In this document: piece after piece, positions 1 through 11,589 of the stretch | Layout of the letters: every line of letters starts with the position of its first letter | Numbering within the stretch: the stretch's first letter is position 1 | From: an uncultured Chloroflexia bacterium | GTDB lineage: Bacteria > Chloroflexota > Anaerolineae > JAAYZQ01 | Length of the DNA stretch: 64,000 nucleotides | Assembly (NCBI GenBank): GCA_963700285.1 | Contig: CAVOXA010000014.1 | Coordinates: forward strand, 672,001 to 736,000 | Reading direction: 5' to 3' | Position numbers and translations under genes: made by a program | Notes under the pieces: model-generated | What the model was told of the DNA's origin: nothing | Databases searched by the model: none | The model's input: the letters and a program-made list of their open reading frames with translations, nothing else

Positions 1-314
1 TCGATCGCCTCGACCTCGGCAAAGCGGATGATCTCGACGTAGGGCTTGCCCTCGACAGTCACTGTCCTGGTTGGGATGCCTCGCTCCTGCAAGCCCGTAG
101 CGATATCTTCCAGGTACTTCTGGGCCAATCGGGCTGATGCCGCTTCCGCGCCGCGGACTATTTCCCGATTGGCCATGCTCGGCTCCGGTAGCGGCCCTAG
201 AACCTTCAGCAAGTAGATCTCAGCTCCAGATTGCTCGGCCTGGATGGCTGCATGGGGCAGCGCCTGCTCGGCCAGTTTCGAGCCATCCAGTGGAACCAGA
301 ATACGTTTGTACAT
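1..314 (-). CDS. Universal stress protein (UspA family), runs off window edge
   Basis: Manual translation MYKRILVPLDGSKLAEQALPHA...VEGKPYVEIIRFAEVEAID has the USP motifs; not in the ORF track. Confidence 0.85.
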   Translation of the reverse strand, partial: MYKRILVPLDGSKLAEQALPHAAIQAEQSGAEIYLLKVLGPLPEPSMANREIVRGAEAASARLAQKYLEDIATGLQERGIPTRTVTVEGKPYVEIIRFAEVEAI

Positions 315-337
315 ATCGTTTCACCTCATTTCCGACT

Positions 338-2153
338 CTAGGTCAGCGGCCAGATCAGGGGCAGGATCAAGGCCGTCAGGATGAACAATATCAGGTTGAG
401 CCATACTCCCACCCTGGTATAGTCTGCAAAGCGGTAGCCACCCGGCCCAAAGACCAGTACGTTCACCTGGTGGCCGATGGGCATCAGGAACGAGGTCGAT
501 GCGGCGATGACGATGGCCATCACAAAGGCGTGAGGGTTGGCGCCCAGGCTCCGGGCAGCGTCGATGGCGATGGGCACGGCCAGAACCGTCGCCGCCGCAT
601 TGGACATGACCTCGGTCAGCAGTCCGGTCATCAAATAGATGCCCATCATCACGGCCAGCGGTCCCCAGTCGCCCAACCAGGGCCACAATCTGGTCGGCCA
701 GCAGCTGCGCCGTGCCGGTGTTCTCCATGGCCAGGCCCAGGGGCAGCATGCCGGCGATGAGAAAGACCGACTTCCACTCGATGGAGCGATAGGCCTCGTC
801 CATGGTCAGCGTGCCGCGTCAGCACCATCAGCAGCGCGCCGATGAACATCGCCGCCGAGACATGCAGCCAGCCGGCACGCCACGACCACCAGCACGCCCA
901 GCAGGATGGCTACCGAAACCGGCGCTTTGTGTGTGCGGCGCGTTTCCAGGGGCGGCATGTCCAGCAGCAAAAAGTCCCGCTCGCGGCGCAGCAGGTTGAT
1001 CTTGTCCACCGATCCCTGTAGCAGCAGCGAATCACCGAAATCGAGCGAGACGTCACCCAGCCGGGCAAACAGGGTTTTGCCCTGGTGGCGGATGGCCAGC
1101 ACGGCCAGGCCAAAGCGGGACCGGAAGTCGATCTGGCGCAGCGTCTTGCCCCGAAGACTCGAAGAGGGCGCCAGCACCACCTCAGCCAGCTCAAAGGCTG
1201 CGCGCTCCGGCTCTGGCTCCCAGGGCTGGATGGGCCGGTCGGGCACCGGTACCAGCCCGAGCGTCTCGAGCGGCGGCCAGGATGGCATCGGCCGTGGCCT
1301 CCAGGTGCAGTTCGTCGCCAGGCTTGCAGGCGGTGCTCTGTCATGGCCGAGACCGTCTCGCCCTCCTGGCAGCAGAGGTGGATGTGGATGACGTTCAGGC
1401 CATGGCGGTTCTCCAGGTCTGCCTCCCGGACCGTCTTGCCAACCAGGGGCGAATCGTCGGCCACGCGGGCCTCGGTCAGGTATTCCTGGACCGGGTAGCT
1501 GTCGGCCAGGTCGCCGCCCGCCGTGCGCTCGGGCAGCAAACGGCGGCCCACCAAGGACCATGTACAGGATGCCGGCTGTCAGCACGACCACGCCCATCGG
1601 CGTAAAGTCGAAAAAACGAAAAGGGCTCGATGTCGCCATAGCTCTCCAGGATGCTGGAGGCCAGGATGTTGGGCGGCGTGCCGATCATGGTCATGTTGCC
1701 GCCCAGCAGCGACGCCCAGGCCAGGGGGATCAGCAGCTTGGAGGGGGGGATGTCGGTCTCGCGGGCGACGCTCATCACCGCTGGCAGCAGGATGGCCACG
1801 GCCCCAATGTTGTTCATAAAGGCCGACATGATGCCCACGGTGACCATGATGAGCACCGTCAGCCGCAGTTGGTTGCGGCCTGCCAGGCGCACCACCTGCC
1901 GGGCGATCAGGTCGGCCACGCCGCTGCGGGTCAGGCCGCCGCTGACGATGAACACCGCCCAAACGGTGATGACCGCCGGGCTGGCAAACCCCGAGAACGC
2001 CTCCTCGACCGTGACCAGCCCGGTCAGCACCAGGGCCACCAGCACGATCATGGCCACCACGTCCACCCGCAGCTTTTCGCTGACAAAGAGCACGACGGCG
2101 ACGGCCAGGATGCCCAGGACCAGGATGTTGTCGATGGTCATGATCGGTCTCAC
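338..2153 (-). CDS. SLC13/DASS-family permease with TrkA-C (RCK) domains, split by indels
   Basis: Fragments 1476-2153 (FMNNIGAVAILLP, GTPPNIL), 910-1554 and 806-1639 (RCK repeats), 338-688 (VMSNAAAT, PIGHQVN..GPGGY). Confidence 0.85.
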
Positions 2154-2533
2154 CCAGCCGTCTCTTCCGCTGCGAGCTGACTCTCCTCGATGACCTGCGC
2201 CAGATCATCGCAATGGGCCGAGGTCAGCGGAATCGCGACCCGGTATGCAGCAGAGGCCAAGGCATGGGCCGTCACCGGGCCAGCTAGCAGCAGCAACGCA
2301 ATCAACACCAGGCCCTTGCCCAGCCCCAGTGGTGTCCAGGCCACCGCCCCTAGAAGAAGCAGGACCGTGCCAAAGATGCCGACCTTGCCTACTGCGTGCA
2401 GCCGCGTGTAGACGTCCGGCAGTCGCAGGTAGCCCAGGACACCCAGCATTGTGAATGCCGTGCCCGTGAGCACTGCCAGAATGGCCAAAGCCTGAAGTAC
2501 CGTCTCAATCACTTTCGCACCACTTTCCATCAT
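2150..2533 (-). CDS. mnhG: Mrp/Mnh Na+/H+ antiporter subunit G
   Basis: RLPDVYTRLHA and PVTAHALASAAY motifs; operon position. Confidence 0.85.
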   Translation of the reverse strand: MMESGAKVIETVLQALAILAVLTGTAFTMLGVLGYLRLPDVYTRLHAVGKVGIFGTVLLLLGAVAWTPLGLGKGLVLIALLLLAGPVTAHALASAAYRVAIPLTSAHCDDLAQVIEESQLAAEETAG

Positions 2534-2543
2534 AAACGGCGGC

Positions 2544-2819
2544 TCAGAACATCTGCTCGTCGGCCACATACTTGGCCAGGGCGATGATGCTGATGAAACC
2601 CAAGGCCGCCAGGCCCAGGGCCACGTCGATATAAATGCTGTCCCGCTCAATTAGGGCCAATAGCACCAGCACAGCTAGGGTCAAGGTTCCCAGCAGATCA
2701 GCGCCCATGATGCGGTCGATGATATTGTCCCCGCGCCACACCTTCCACAGGACCACAGCCAGCAGGCCGATGTGCACCAGCAAAGCCAGGTAGAGGGCAC
2801 CGATCAAGATTATACCCAT
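2544..2819 (-). CDS. mnhF: Mrp/Mnh subunit F
   Basis: DRIMGADLL...YIDVALGLAALGFISIIALAKY. Confidence 0.85.
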   Translation of the reverse strand: MGIILIGALYLALLVHIGLLAVVLWKVWRGDNIIDRIMGADLLGTLTLAVLVLLALIERDSIYIDVALGLAALGFISIIALAKYVADEQMF

Positions 2820-2836
2820 ACAAGCCTCCTAACCCG

Positions 2837-3313
2837 TCACGGAATCATCCGGCGCAGCAGCTCGCGGCGCAGCTCCTGGGCCTCCTGGACGTATTGGGCG
2901 GCACGCGTCGAATCCAAGGCGTGCGTGTACATGGTTCCATCTCTGCCGATCTCGATGACCATCTCGCCTGGCGCAAGGGTGATGGCGTGGGCGCTCAAGG
3001 CCGTGGCCAGTTCTGAATCACAATCCGAGGGGATAGCAATGATACCTGGCTTCACGGGTAGCGCGGGATCGAGCACCAGCCGGGCAACTACCAGTCCACT
3101 CTTGATCGCATCAGAGAATACGACAAACAGGTAGCGGCACAGAGCCGTAGCGGCTCCGGGTAGGCGCTGGACCTCAAAGCTGCCACGTGGAGGCCGTAGC
3201 AACAGCATCAGGCCCGCCGCAACCAGCAGACCCAGGACGACGTTGCCCATTTCCAGGTTCGCTGTGAGCGCCAGATACACCAGCCAGAGACCAATAACCA
3301 TCCAGATTGCCAT
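2837..3313 (-). CDS. mnhE: Mrp/Mnh subunit E
   Basis: KPGIIAIP...AITLAPGEMVIEI...YTHALD. Confidence 0.85.
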   Translation of the reverse strand: MAIWMVIGLWLVYLALTANLEMGNVVLGLLVAAGLMLLLRPPRGSFEVQRLPGAATALCRYLFVVFSDAIKSGLVVARLVLDPALPVKPGIIAIPSDCDSELATALSAHAITLAPGEMVIEIGRDGTMYTHALDSTRAAQYVQEAQELRRELLRRMIP

Positions 3314-3316
3314 TGT

Positions 3317-4804
3317 CTAGCCTCCCAAGACCGCCACGACATAGGCCCCCGGATCGCTGAGCCAGAAGGCTGTCGCCTCGGCCAGGCGGACCAGGGGCTC
3401 AGGCCACAGACCCAACAGGAGAACCGCCACGATGAGCAGCGCGGGAGCCAGCAGGCAGTCCCCTCTCGCTTTGGCCTTGACCCCCACGGCTTGCGCCTGC
3501 CACCAGATACGCTGAAAAGCACGCACGACATAGATTAGCGTCAAGATACTCACCAGGGCCACTGCCGCCAGCATGGCGAAATGGCCGGCTTCGACGCCGC
3601 TGCTGAAGAGCATCATCTTGCTGACAAAGCCATTGGTGGGTGGGATACCCATGAGGGCCAGCCCGCCTAGAAAGAACAGCACGCCGGCCAGGGGCATATA
3701 CCTGCCCAGGCCGGTGACCACATCGAAGTCTGCTGTTTTGACCGGCGCCCGGCTGGCTACCGCGCCAGCCAGCATCAACAGCGCAGCCTTGATCAGGCTG
3801 TGGTTGAAAGTAAAAACGAGGGCAGCAGCGAGCGCCTGATGGCTCCCCCAGCCAATGGCCACCAGGATGAACCCTACCTGGGCCAGGGTCGAATAGGCCA
3901 GCATGCGCTTGGCATTGTAGGTGCCGATGGCCCCCAGGCCACCGTAGGCGATCCCGATCAGGCCCAGCACGAGGAGCAGACCGCGCACAGGTGCGGATTG
4001 ACCCACAAAGAGCAGGGTTGTCATCCGCAGAAATCCGTAGACACCCAGCTTGACCACTACAGATGACAACATGGCGCTGACAGCCGTCGGCGAGGCGGTA
4101 TGGAAATCAGGCTGCCAGAAATGGAAAGGAGTCACCGCGCTCTTGATCATAAAGGTGGCAACCAACAGGGCGATGGCCAACGGCAGTAGCGGAGCACCAG
4201 GGTTTTCGACAACGCGCAGGGCCAGGCCAGCCATACTGAGCGTGCCATAGGAGACATAGAGACTGCCAATTGCCAGCAGCAGAAAAGCCGAGGCGAGCAG
4301 GCTCATGTAAAAGTACTTGAAGGCAGCCTCGGCGCCCAGCCGATCGTCCGAAGCGGCGGTCAAGATGGTGCCGGAAAAAACTAGCAGCTCGGCAAAGACA
4401 AAGAGGTTGAAGAGATCGCCAGCCAGCATGGCTCCAGTCAAACCAACAGCCAACGTTAGAAAAGCGGTGTAGAAGGCAGGGTACTGTACCACCTTGTCGC
4501 GGCTACCCAGGGCATAGACGATACCCAGGCTGAGCACGACCTGGCTCATCACGGCCATCATGGCCGAGAGCAGGTCACCTACCAGCGTGATGCCAAATGG
4601 CGCCAGCCAGCCTCCCGACTGGAAGACCAGCGGCTGGCCACTGGACCAGACGCGGGCCAGCAACCAGGCGCTGGCAGCCAAGCCGCCCAGCATTGCCGCC
4701 AGAGACCAGGCAGCCTGAAGCCGCCGTCGCTTGCGCAGCAATAGGGCGACCGCCGAGCCAGTCAGAGGCAGGATGATGGGCAACAGTACCAGATAATGGT
4801 TCAT
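3317..4804 (-). CDS. mnhD: Mrp/Mnh subunit D
   Basis: GDLFNLFVFAE, PFHFWQPD, KRMLAYSTLAQVG, GIPPTNGFVSK. Confidence 0.9.
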   Translation of the reverse strand: MNHYLVLLPIILPLTGSAVALLLRKRRRLQAAWSLAAMLGGLAASAWLLARVWSSGQPLVFQSGGWLAPFGITLVGDLLSAMMAVMSQVVLSLGIVYALGSRDKVVQYPAFYTAFLTLAVGLTGAMLAGDLFNLFVFAELLVFSGTILTAASDDRLGAEAAFKYFYMSLLASAFLLLAIGSLYVSYGTLSMAGLALRVVENPGAPLLPLAIALLVATFMIKSAVTPFHFWQPDFHTASPTAVSAMLSSVVVKLGVYGFLRMTTLLFVGQSAPVRGLLLVLGLIGIAYGGLGAIGTYNAKRMLAYSTLAQVGFILVAIGWGSHQALAAALVFTFNHSLIKAALLMLAGAVASRAPVKTADFDVVTGLGRYMPLAGVLFFLGGLALMGIPPTNGFVSKMMLFSSGVEAGHFAMLAAVALVSILTLIYVVRAFQRIWWQAQAVGVKAKARGDCLLAPALLIVAVLLLGLWPEPLVRLAEATAFWLSDPGAYVVAVLGG

Positions 4805-4812
4805 CTCTTCTC

Positions 4813-5145
4813 TCAGCCCCGCAGCTTGTTGACCTCGTCCAGATCGCTACTCCGGTAGCGGGCTGACAGCAGAAAAAGCATTGACAGCACCAGACTGAGG
4901 CCGCCCATGCTGATGACGATGGCGGTCAGGATCAGTGCCTGGGGCAGGGAGTCGCTGCGCTGTCCAAGGGCGCCGTCATAGGCGGCCTCCGTCCCTTGAT
5001 AGGCACCAGTGCTGAGGAGGAAAAGATTAATGGCAGCACCCAATAGGATCAGACCGATCACCGACCGGATCATGTTGCGCCGCAGCAGTTGAAAGATGGC
5101 GATCCCAAAGAGGGCGCCAACGGCCAATGCAGTTAACAGTTCCAT
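4813..5145 (-). CDS. mnhC: Mrp/Mnh subunit C
   Basis: DSLPQALILTAIVI motif. Confidence 0.9.
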   Translation of the reverse strand: MELLTALAVGALFGIAIFQLLRRNMIRSVIGLILLGAAINLFLLSTGAYQGTEAAYDGALGQRSDSLPQALILTAIVISMGGLSLVLSMLFLLSARYRSSDLDEVNKLRG

Positions 5146-8051
5146 TACCTGACCTCCTCACCCGGGTGGCCGAGCGCATCGAGCATGTAAGAGGCGCTGC
5201 CTAGCACTGCCAGACAGATGGAAAACTCGAATAGTAGCGAGGTGCTAAGATTGACGCCCCGAGGCAGGGTAAGGTTCAACTCTTGGCCGAAATCGACGTG
5301 GCCCAAAAAGGAACCCGTGATTGCGGCCGCGGTGGTGGCCGACATGATGGCCAGCAGCAGTCCACCACCGATGAGGGAGGCCGGCCGCAGCCACGTCAAG
5401 CGCTGGCGGACCTGCTCGTAGCCAAAGACCACATACCAGAAACCCAACGCCAGGCTGACGATCACGCCAGCGGTAAAGCCATCACCCGGCTGGTCATGGC
5501 CGTAGAGGATATGCACGACAGCAATGACCATCGATAGCGGCAGGGAGACATAGGCCAGCGAGTGGACAAAGGGCGAAGTCTCGCGCCCGCCGATGCCCAG
5601 GGTCGGGAGCTGTGTCGCGGAGCTGGATGATGTCGCCACCTGGTCGCCTGCGCTTCGGGAAGCGTGGCGCAGTAGGGTATAAACACCCAAGCCGGCCAGG
5701 CTAAAGACGACGATCTCGATCAGCGTGTCCAGCGCCCGGAAATCAACAATGATGGCCCCGACGATGTCCTTGGCCCCGGTCAAGGCTTTGGCCGCTTCCT
5801 CGTAGAAAGGTGTCACGACGCTTGTACGAGGGCGAGAGGAAAGAGCCGCCAGGGTCAATAGCGCAACCACAATGCCACTGGCAATGGCGATTAGGGCGTC
5901 GCGCACTAGGCCAGTCCGGTCCATCAAGGACAGGTCCCGCTGGGCAGAAAGCCTGTCGGCCTGCTGGCGCTGTTCGCGGGGTAGACGAGTCAAGGCCAGT
6001 ACCAGAACAACTACAGTCAGAATGTCGACCACCACCTGCACCAGAGCCACATCGGGTGCCGGCTCAAGAACCAACAGCACAGCCACAGCCAGGCCCGAAG
6101 CGCCCAGTGCGACGATTGCTGAGATGTCGCGACGTAGGATGACGGTGGCAGCGGCGGCAGCGACGATCACCAGCAAGGCAAAGATGCGCAGCACGGCCAC
6201 CTCACCCTGGAAATCGAGGCTGGGCAGCGAAAAGTGGGCCAGTGACTGCCAGCTGGATAGCCCGCCGAAGCCAGCCACGAGCACCACCATGCCCAGCAGG
6301 ATCACGACCAGATAGTTGCGCAGACCGCCGCTTTGCAGGCGGGTCGCCAGCCCGGCAGCACGATCGATCAGATCCAGAAGCCAGGTGTAGAGCGTATTCG
6401 CGCTCCATTGTTCGCCGATGCGCGTCTGGAGGGTGAGGATCCGGTGACGGGCAAGGAATAGCCCTGTACCCAGGCTCACGGCCACAACGGACAGGAGCAA
6501 CGGCACGGTTATCCCCGTCCAGATGGCCAGAGAGACCTTGACCTTGGCGCCATAGACCTCAGCGGCGGCATCAGCCAAGAAGCGAGCCAGGAATATCGGC
6601 TCGGGCAACAGGCCGACAGCCAAGGAGAGGAGCGCTGGCAGTGCCGGCGCCAGTACCATTGGCCATGGCGCTTCGTGGGCGTGAATCGTGGGGTCGCGCG
6701 GCCTACCCAGGAATGTGTCCCAAACCAACATGCCTGCCTGAGCCAGCAGAAATGCGCCAGCGACGACCGTTGCCGCGGGAAAGATCAGATTCACTGAGGC
6801 CGGAACATCGGGATGCGTGGCCGTCGCCAACAGCGTCTCTTTGGCCAGGAAGCCGAACAAGGGGTGGCAGTCCCGCCATCGACAGGGCAGCCACCAGGCC
6901 GACACCGAACGTAAAGGGCATGAACCGGGCTAGCGCCGCCCAGGCGGCGCAGGTCACGGCTGCCGGCCTCGTGATCCACGCTGCCCACAACCAGGAATAG
7001 GGCGCTCTTGTAAAGGGCGTGTGCCAACACACCGATGACCAGCGCCTTGAAGGCGATCTCGGTATCCTGGCCGATGAGCACCACCAACACGCCTAGCTGG
7101 CTGATGGTCGAGTAGGCCAGGAGCGCCTTCAGGTCCCGCTGCTTCAGGCCCAGGTACGCGCCGGTCAGCATGGTGGCCAAGCCAAAGAGACTCAATAGCC
7201 AGAACCACAGGTCGGTGAAGCCCGAGCGCCGGATTGAGCCGGGCCAGGAGGTAGATGCCCGCTTTGACCATCGTCGCCGAGTGAAGGTAGGCGCTGGCTG
7301 GCGTGGGCGCGCTCATGGCATCGGGCAGCCAGATGTGAAACGGGGTCTGGGCGCTCTTGGTGAAGGCACCGAGGGCGATCAGGCCCAGCAGCGCCGGATA
7401 CAGGGCGCTTTGCCGCAGCAAGTCGCCGCTGGACAGAATGGTGGCCCAGTCACTACCACCAGCAACGTAGCTCAGGAGAAGCAGCCCAACAAGTAGGGCG
7501 ATTCCGCCACCGCCCGTGATAAAGAGCGACTTGAAAGCTCCCCGCCGCGCGGCCTCGTCCTGGGTCTTGTAAGCGATAAGCAGGAAGGAGGTGATGCTGG
7601 TGCCCTCCCAGAAGACAAAGAGTGTGATGACGTCGCCGGCAAGCACCAGGCCCAGCATGGCGGTCATGAAAAGCAGCAAGTAGGTCAGGAACCGCCACTC
7701 ACCCCATGGCCGCTCGTCACTCTTGAAGTAGTACCCGGCATAGACCACCACCAGCGTGCCGATTCCGGTGATGAGCAGGGCAAAGAGAGCGCTGAGATGG
7801 TCAAAGTAGAGGCCCAGACTCAGGCCCAGGCTTGGGATCCAGTCAAATCGCCAGACCAAAGCCGCGCCGCTTCCCAACACCACTGTCTGCCACAGGATCA
7901 GCCCAAACGCGGCCATAGGGGCTGGGGCCAGCATCCAGGCCAGCCGGGTCACAGTCAGACGCCGGTTAAGGGCCGTCAGCCCAGCCAAACAGGCCCCTAT
8001 AGGTCCAGCCATGGAGACAAGCAATGGGAATAAGAGATTTGAATCGTTCAT
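5145..8051 (-). CDS. mnhA: Mrp/Mnh subunit A fused with B domain, split by indels
   Basis: TKSAQTPFHIWLPDAMSAPTPASAYLHSATMVKAG; C-terminal DFRALDTLIE and GHDQPGDGF (MnhB domain); three fragments. Confidence 0.88.
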
Positions 8052-8093
8052 TCCAGCATTGCATCCATTCTACCGGGACAAGGCCGAAGCCGC

Positions 8094-9950
8094 CTACTCG
8101 GCCAATACCGACACACCTTCTTGCTTGGGACTGGTCACGATGATGAGAACGAAGCCAATCGCGGCTGCCAGGACAGAAGCAACCAGAATGTCCAGTTTGG
8201 CCAGATCAAGGAGGTCCGGTTGCTGAAAAGCTGATCCGGCAATGAACAGTGACATGGTGAAGCCGATGCCTCCCAGCCAACTTGCGGCGAACAGTTGTCG
8301 CCAACTCACACCATACGGTAGGTCGGCAATGCCGCCCTTGACCGCCAGCCACGAGAAGAGGGTGATGCCCAGCGATTTGCCCAGCAGTAGGCCCAATAGG
8401 ATGCCCAGCGATACCGGTAGTGTGAGGGCTTGGAGAAGGTTGCCTCCCAGGTCAATGCCTGCGTTGGCTAGGGCAAACACCGGGACGATGAGGTAAGCTA
8501 CCCAGGGGTTGAGGCTGCGCTCCAATCGCTGTAGAGGAGATTGGATTCGTTCAGCAATCACCTCAAGTGTCTGGGCGGCAGCCTGTTGTCGACGGCCTGC
8601 ATCGCCCTCAGCGTGAGCACCATTTTCAGTACCCAAACCTCCAAGTGCGGCGGTACACTGGGCCAGGTAGGCAGAGGCACGTACATGGGTCCGCGCTGGT
8701 ATCGTCATGGCCAGGAGAACGCCCGCGATGGTCGGATGAAGTCCAGACTGCAGGAAAGCCAGCCACAGGCCAATCCCCATCAGAGCGTATGGCAGCGGCT
8801 GGCGAACTCCCATCCTGTTGAGTACAATCAAGGCCAGCAGAAACAGGGCAGCGGCAGCCAGGGCTAGCCAGGCAATGTCTTGACTGTAAAACAGGGCCAG
8901 GACGAGCACCGCACCCACGTCGTCGGCGATAGCAAGCGCAGTGAAGAACACCTTGAGGGAAACCGGCACCCGGCTACGCAAGATTGTCAGTATGCCGAGC
9001 ACAAAGGCAATGTCCGTGGCCATAGGGATTCCCCAACCACCCTGGCCCGGACCACCAAGATTGAAGGCAATGTAGATAAGCGCCGGGAGCAACATGCCTC
9101 CGGCTGCTGCGACTAGAGGAAGGGCTGCCCGGCGTGCTGTGGCCAACTCGCCGACCAGGATCTCGCGCTTGATCTCTAGACCCACAACAAAGAAAAAGAT
9201 GACCATCAAGCCGTCGTTCACCCAATGGAGAAGTGATTCATCAAGCACAAGGCTGCCCATAGATATGGACAGGTGGGTTTCCCAGAGACGAAAGTAGCTC
9301 TCGCTCCAGAGCGAATTGGCCCAGACCAAAGCCAGTACTGTAGCCAGTAGGAGTAGGATGCCACTGGCAGCCTGCAGCCTGGTGAACTGCTGGAAGGCCA
9401 ATCTGACCTGAACGCCCAGGGGCTTTTCGATCTCGGCGATCAGCGAATCGAGGTCCCAGGCGCCATCGTAGCGCACCTCGTTGAGAAAGAAAGTCGGTGT
9501 TCCATTTGCACCGCTGCGCACGCCACTAACGAAATCTTGCCGGACCCGATCGGCGTAGACATGCTCATCCAGTTCGCGTCGAAAGCGATCCACATCTAGG
9601 CCAAGATCGGACGCGTACTGGACGAGATGCTCTTTGGCGAACGCTCCCTGATGCTTGAAGAGCAGATCGTGCATCTGCCAGAATCTGTCCTGGGCAGCAG
9701 CCGCTTCGGCCGCCTCGGCCGCCATCTGTGCGCTTGGATGCATCGTCGTGATTGGAAAGTGCCGGAACACATAGCGCAAACGGTCGCCAAAACGCGACCG
9801 CAACTGGGCCACAATGGGCTGCACGTCATGGCAATAGGGGCACTCAAAGTCTCCATATTCGACCAGGGTGACACGGGCGTCATCTGGTCCCCTCATATGG
9901 TCCCGGTCCGATACCGGTCGGGTCAGTTTTGGAACGTCACCACCTGCCAT
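8094..9950 (-). CDS. nhaA: Na+/H+ antiporter NhaA with N-terminal DsbA/thioredoxin domain
   Basis: N-terminal VEYGDFECPYC and GTPTFF; then WVNDGLM..GLEIKRE, GWGIPMATDIAF, ALAIADD, GIGFTMSLFI; one continuous ORF. Confidence 0.92.
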   Translation of the reverse strand: MAGGDVPKLTRPVSDRDHMRGPDDARVTLVEYGDFECPYCHDVQPIVAQLRSRFGDRLRYVFRHFPITTMHPSAQMAAEAAEAAAAQDRFWQMHDLLFKHQGAFAKEHLVQYASDLGLDVDRFRRELDEHVYADRVRQDFVSGVRSGANGTPTFFLNEVRYDGAWDLDSLIAEIEKPLGVQVRLAFQQFTRLQAASGILLLLATVLALVWANSLWSESYFRLWETHLSISMGSLVLDESLLHWVNDGLMVIFFFVVGLEIKREILVGELATARRAALPLVAAAGGMLLPALIYIAFNLGGPGQGGWGIPMATDIAFVLGILTILRSRVPVSLKVFFTALAIADDVGAVLVLALFYSQDIAWLALAAAALFLLALIVLNRMGVRQPLPYALMGIGLWLAFLQSGLHPTIAGVLLAMTIPARTHVRASAYLAQCTAALGGLGTENGAHAEGDAGRRQQAAAQTLEVIAERIQSPLQRLERSLNPWVAYLIVPVFALANAGIDLGGNLLQALTLPVSLGILLGLLLGKSLGITLFSWLAVKGGIADLPYGVSWRQLFAASWLGGIGFTMSLFIAGSAFQQPDLLDLAKLDILVASVLAAAIGFVLIIVTSPKQEGVSVLAE

Positions 9951-9963
9951 CGGCTGCCTCCTT

Positions 9964-10476
9964 TCAAGCGCTCAGGGATTCGAGCGCCCCGAGGATGCCC
10001 TCCGCGCCTGGATTTACACCCGAGGGAGAGACATAGCTCCAGCGGACAATGCCCTGCGCATCGATCACGAACAAGGCCCTTTGATTCACTCCATTTTCGG
10101 CGTCGTAGACTCCGTAGGACCGGGCAACGGCCCCCTTGGGCTCAAAGTCTGAAAGCAGCGGAAACTGGAGGTTGAGGTTCTCGGCGAAGGCCTGATGGCA
10201 CCATACCCCATCCACAGAGATGGCGATGGGCTGAGCGCCATACTCCTTAAACAGAGGCAGCACCTCGTTATAGAGGGACAGTTGGTCACCACAGACCGAA
10301 CTCCAGTCGGCAGGGTAGAACACCAGAATGACAGGTTGGCCCCGGAAATCGCGCAGCGAGAGCCGCTCGCCTGCGATCGCGGGCAGCACAAAGTCTGGCG
10401 CTGGGGTGCCCGGTGTCAATATGGATGACGGATTGGCCGGTTTTCCCTGAGCCGGCTTTTTGGTTTTCCTGAACAT
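9964..10476 (-). CDS. Peroxiredoxin (AhpC/TSA, AhpE-like)
   Basis: APDFVL...FYPADWSSVCGDQL, LLSDFEPKG, RALFVID; SD AAGGAG before ATG 10476. Confidence 0.85.
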   Translation of the reverse strand: MFRKTKKPAQGKPANPSSILTPGTPAPDFVLPAIAGERLSLRDFRGQPVILVFYPADWSSVCGDQLSLYNEVLPLFKEYGAQPIAISVDGVWCHQAFAENLNLQFPLLSDFEPKGAVARSYGVYDAENGVNQRALFVIDAQGIVRWSYVSPSGVNPGAEGILGALESLSA

Positions 10477-10572
10477 CTCTTTCTCCTTGCTGATCAGATC
10501 CTGTTCTTGTTGGCCTTGAAGATAGTACTTTTTCAGAATACAGGCCGTAATCGACGCCACGCTGGGCGGGCG

Positions 10573-11589
10573 CTAGGCGCCACCCACCTCCGAAGCCCAC
10601 AGCGCTTCTAGTTGCACCAGGTCGCCCGCTACCTCAAGGCCCGCATAGCGGCCTTGGCCCCTGAACAGAAGGCGTGCATCGCCGGCTTTGAGTGCATAGA
10701 GCGCCACAGAAACCTCTGCGCCCAGGGTCTCTGTAATGCGCCGGCCCATATCCACGGTCGTGGGCGCCTGCAAAAGACCACCCTCCGATCGGGCTGCCTC
10801 TATCTCCAGGCGATTTTGCTTGTCACGAACGATCCAGCGAACTGATTCATCCGATATGTCTAGCTTCTCAATCCGGGCCCCAGTATAGGTAGCGAATCGA
10901 TAGAGCACCCCGTCGTGCCAGAGTCCCAGGATGAAACCAGGGAAGGACCGCCGGTGCCAAGGGATGATGGCCACTGAAGCGGTCAAGCTAGTGCCTGGCG
11001 CCTCAAAATGGTTCGTTTGAAGCCACACCCAGGCAGCAGGGAAGGATTTTCCCCAGTCTTTCTCAGTATACCCGCGTCCCCCGGAAAAGCCAACTGGCTG
11101 TCCATTGATAGTCAAATCTCCTTCGATCTCGTGGTCCAGGCTCACTACGCCGTGGTAGCATTCCATGCCAGGGACCCAGGCATACCAACCCATGATCCCG
11201 GGCGAGACCAGATTGACTGGCCATGGGGCCAGGCTATGGAAGCGCACTGCTCCTCGCAGGGTCAGCTCGGGTGCCTCGATGTCCAAAGAAAGCGAGTCCG
11301 CTCGGAACCGGTTGGGCCCAATGCGCAGATCTAGCGCACCCTCGGCGGCCCAGAACTCCTCCGGGGGGTAGCGGTGATAGGTCACCTGGCCGGTCCGGCC
11401 ATCCAGAACCTGAACAAAAGCGTGGTGCTTGTCCGGCTCGTTGCTCACAAAGATGCCGGGGATCACGGCATACCGGTGCTTTTCGCTGGCGTCAACCAGT
11501 TTATAGTACCAGCCCTCGAAGAAAGGTGGTCGTTTGTTGTGACCATGGTAGCAATCTGGGTTGAGGGTCGTGCGCAGAAAACGGATCAT
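10573..11589 (-). CDS. Tocopherol cyclase family protein
   Basis: FFEGWYYK, GIMGWYAWVPGMECYHGVVSLDH, GRGYTEKDWGKSFP; ATGA overlap with upstream gene. Confidence 0.85.
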   Translation of the reverse strand: MIRFLRTTLNPDCYHGHNKRPPFFEGWYYKLVDASEKHRYAVIPGIFVSNEPDKHHAFVQVLDGRTGQVTYHRYPPEEFWAAEGALDLRIGPNRFRADSLSLDIEAPELTLRGAVRFHSLAPWPVNLVSPGIMGWYAWVPGMECYHGVVSLDHEIEGDLTINGQPVGFSGGRGYTEKDWGKSFPAAWVWLQTNHFEAPGTSLTASVAIIPWHRRSFPGFILGLWHDGVLYRFATYTGARIEKLDISDESVRWIVRDKQNRLEIEAARSEGGLLQAPTTVDMGRRITETLGAEVSVALYALKAGDARLLFRGQGRYAGLEVAGDLVQLEALWASEVGGA

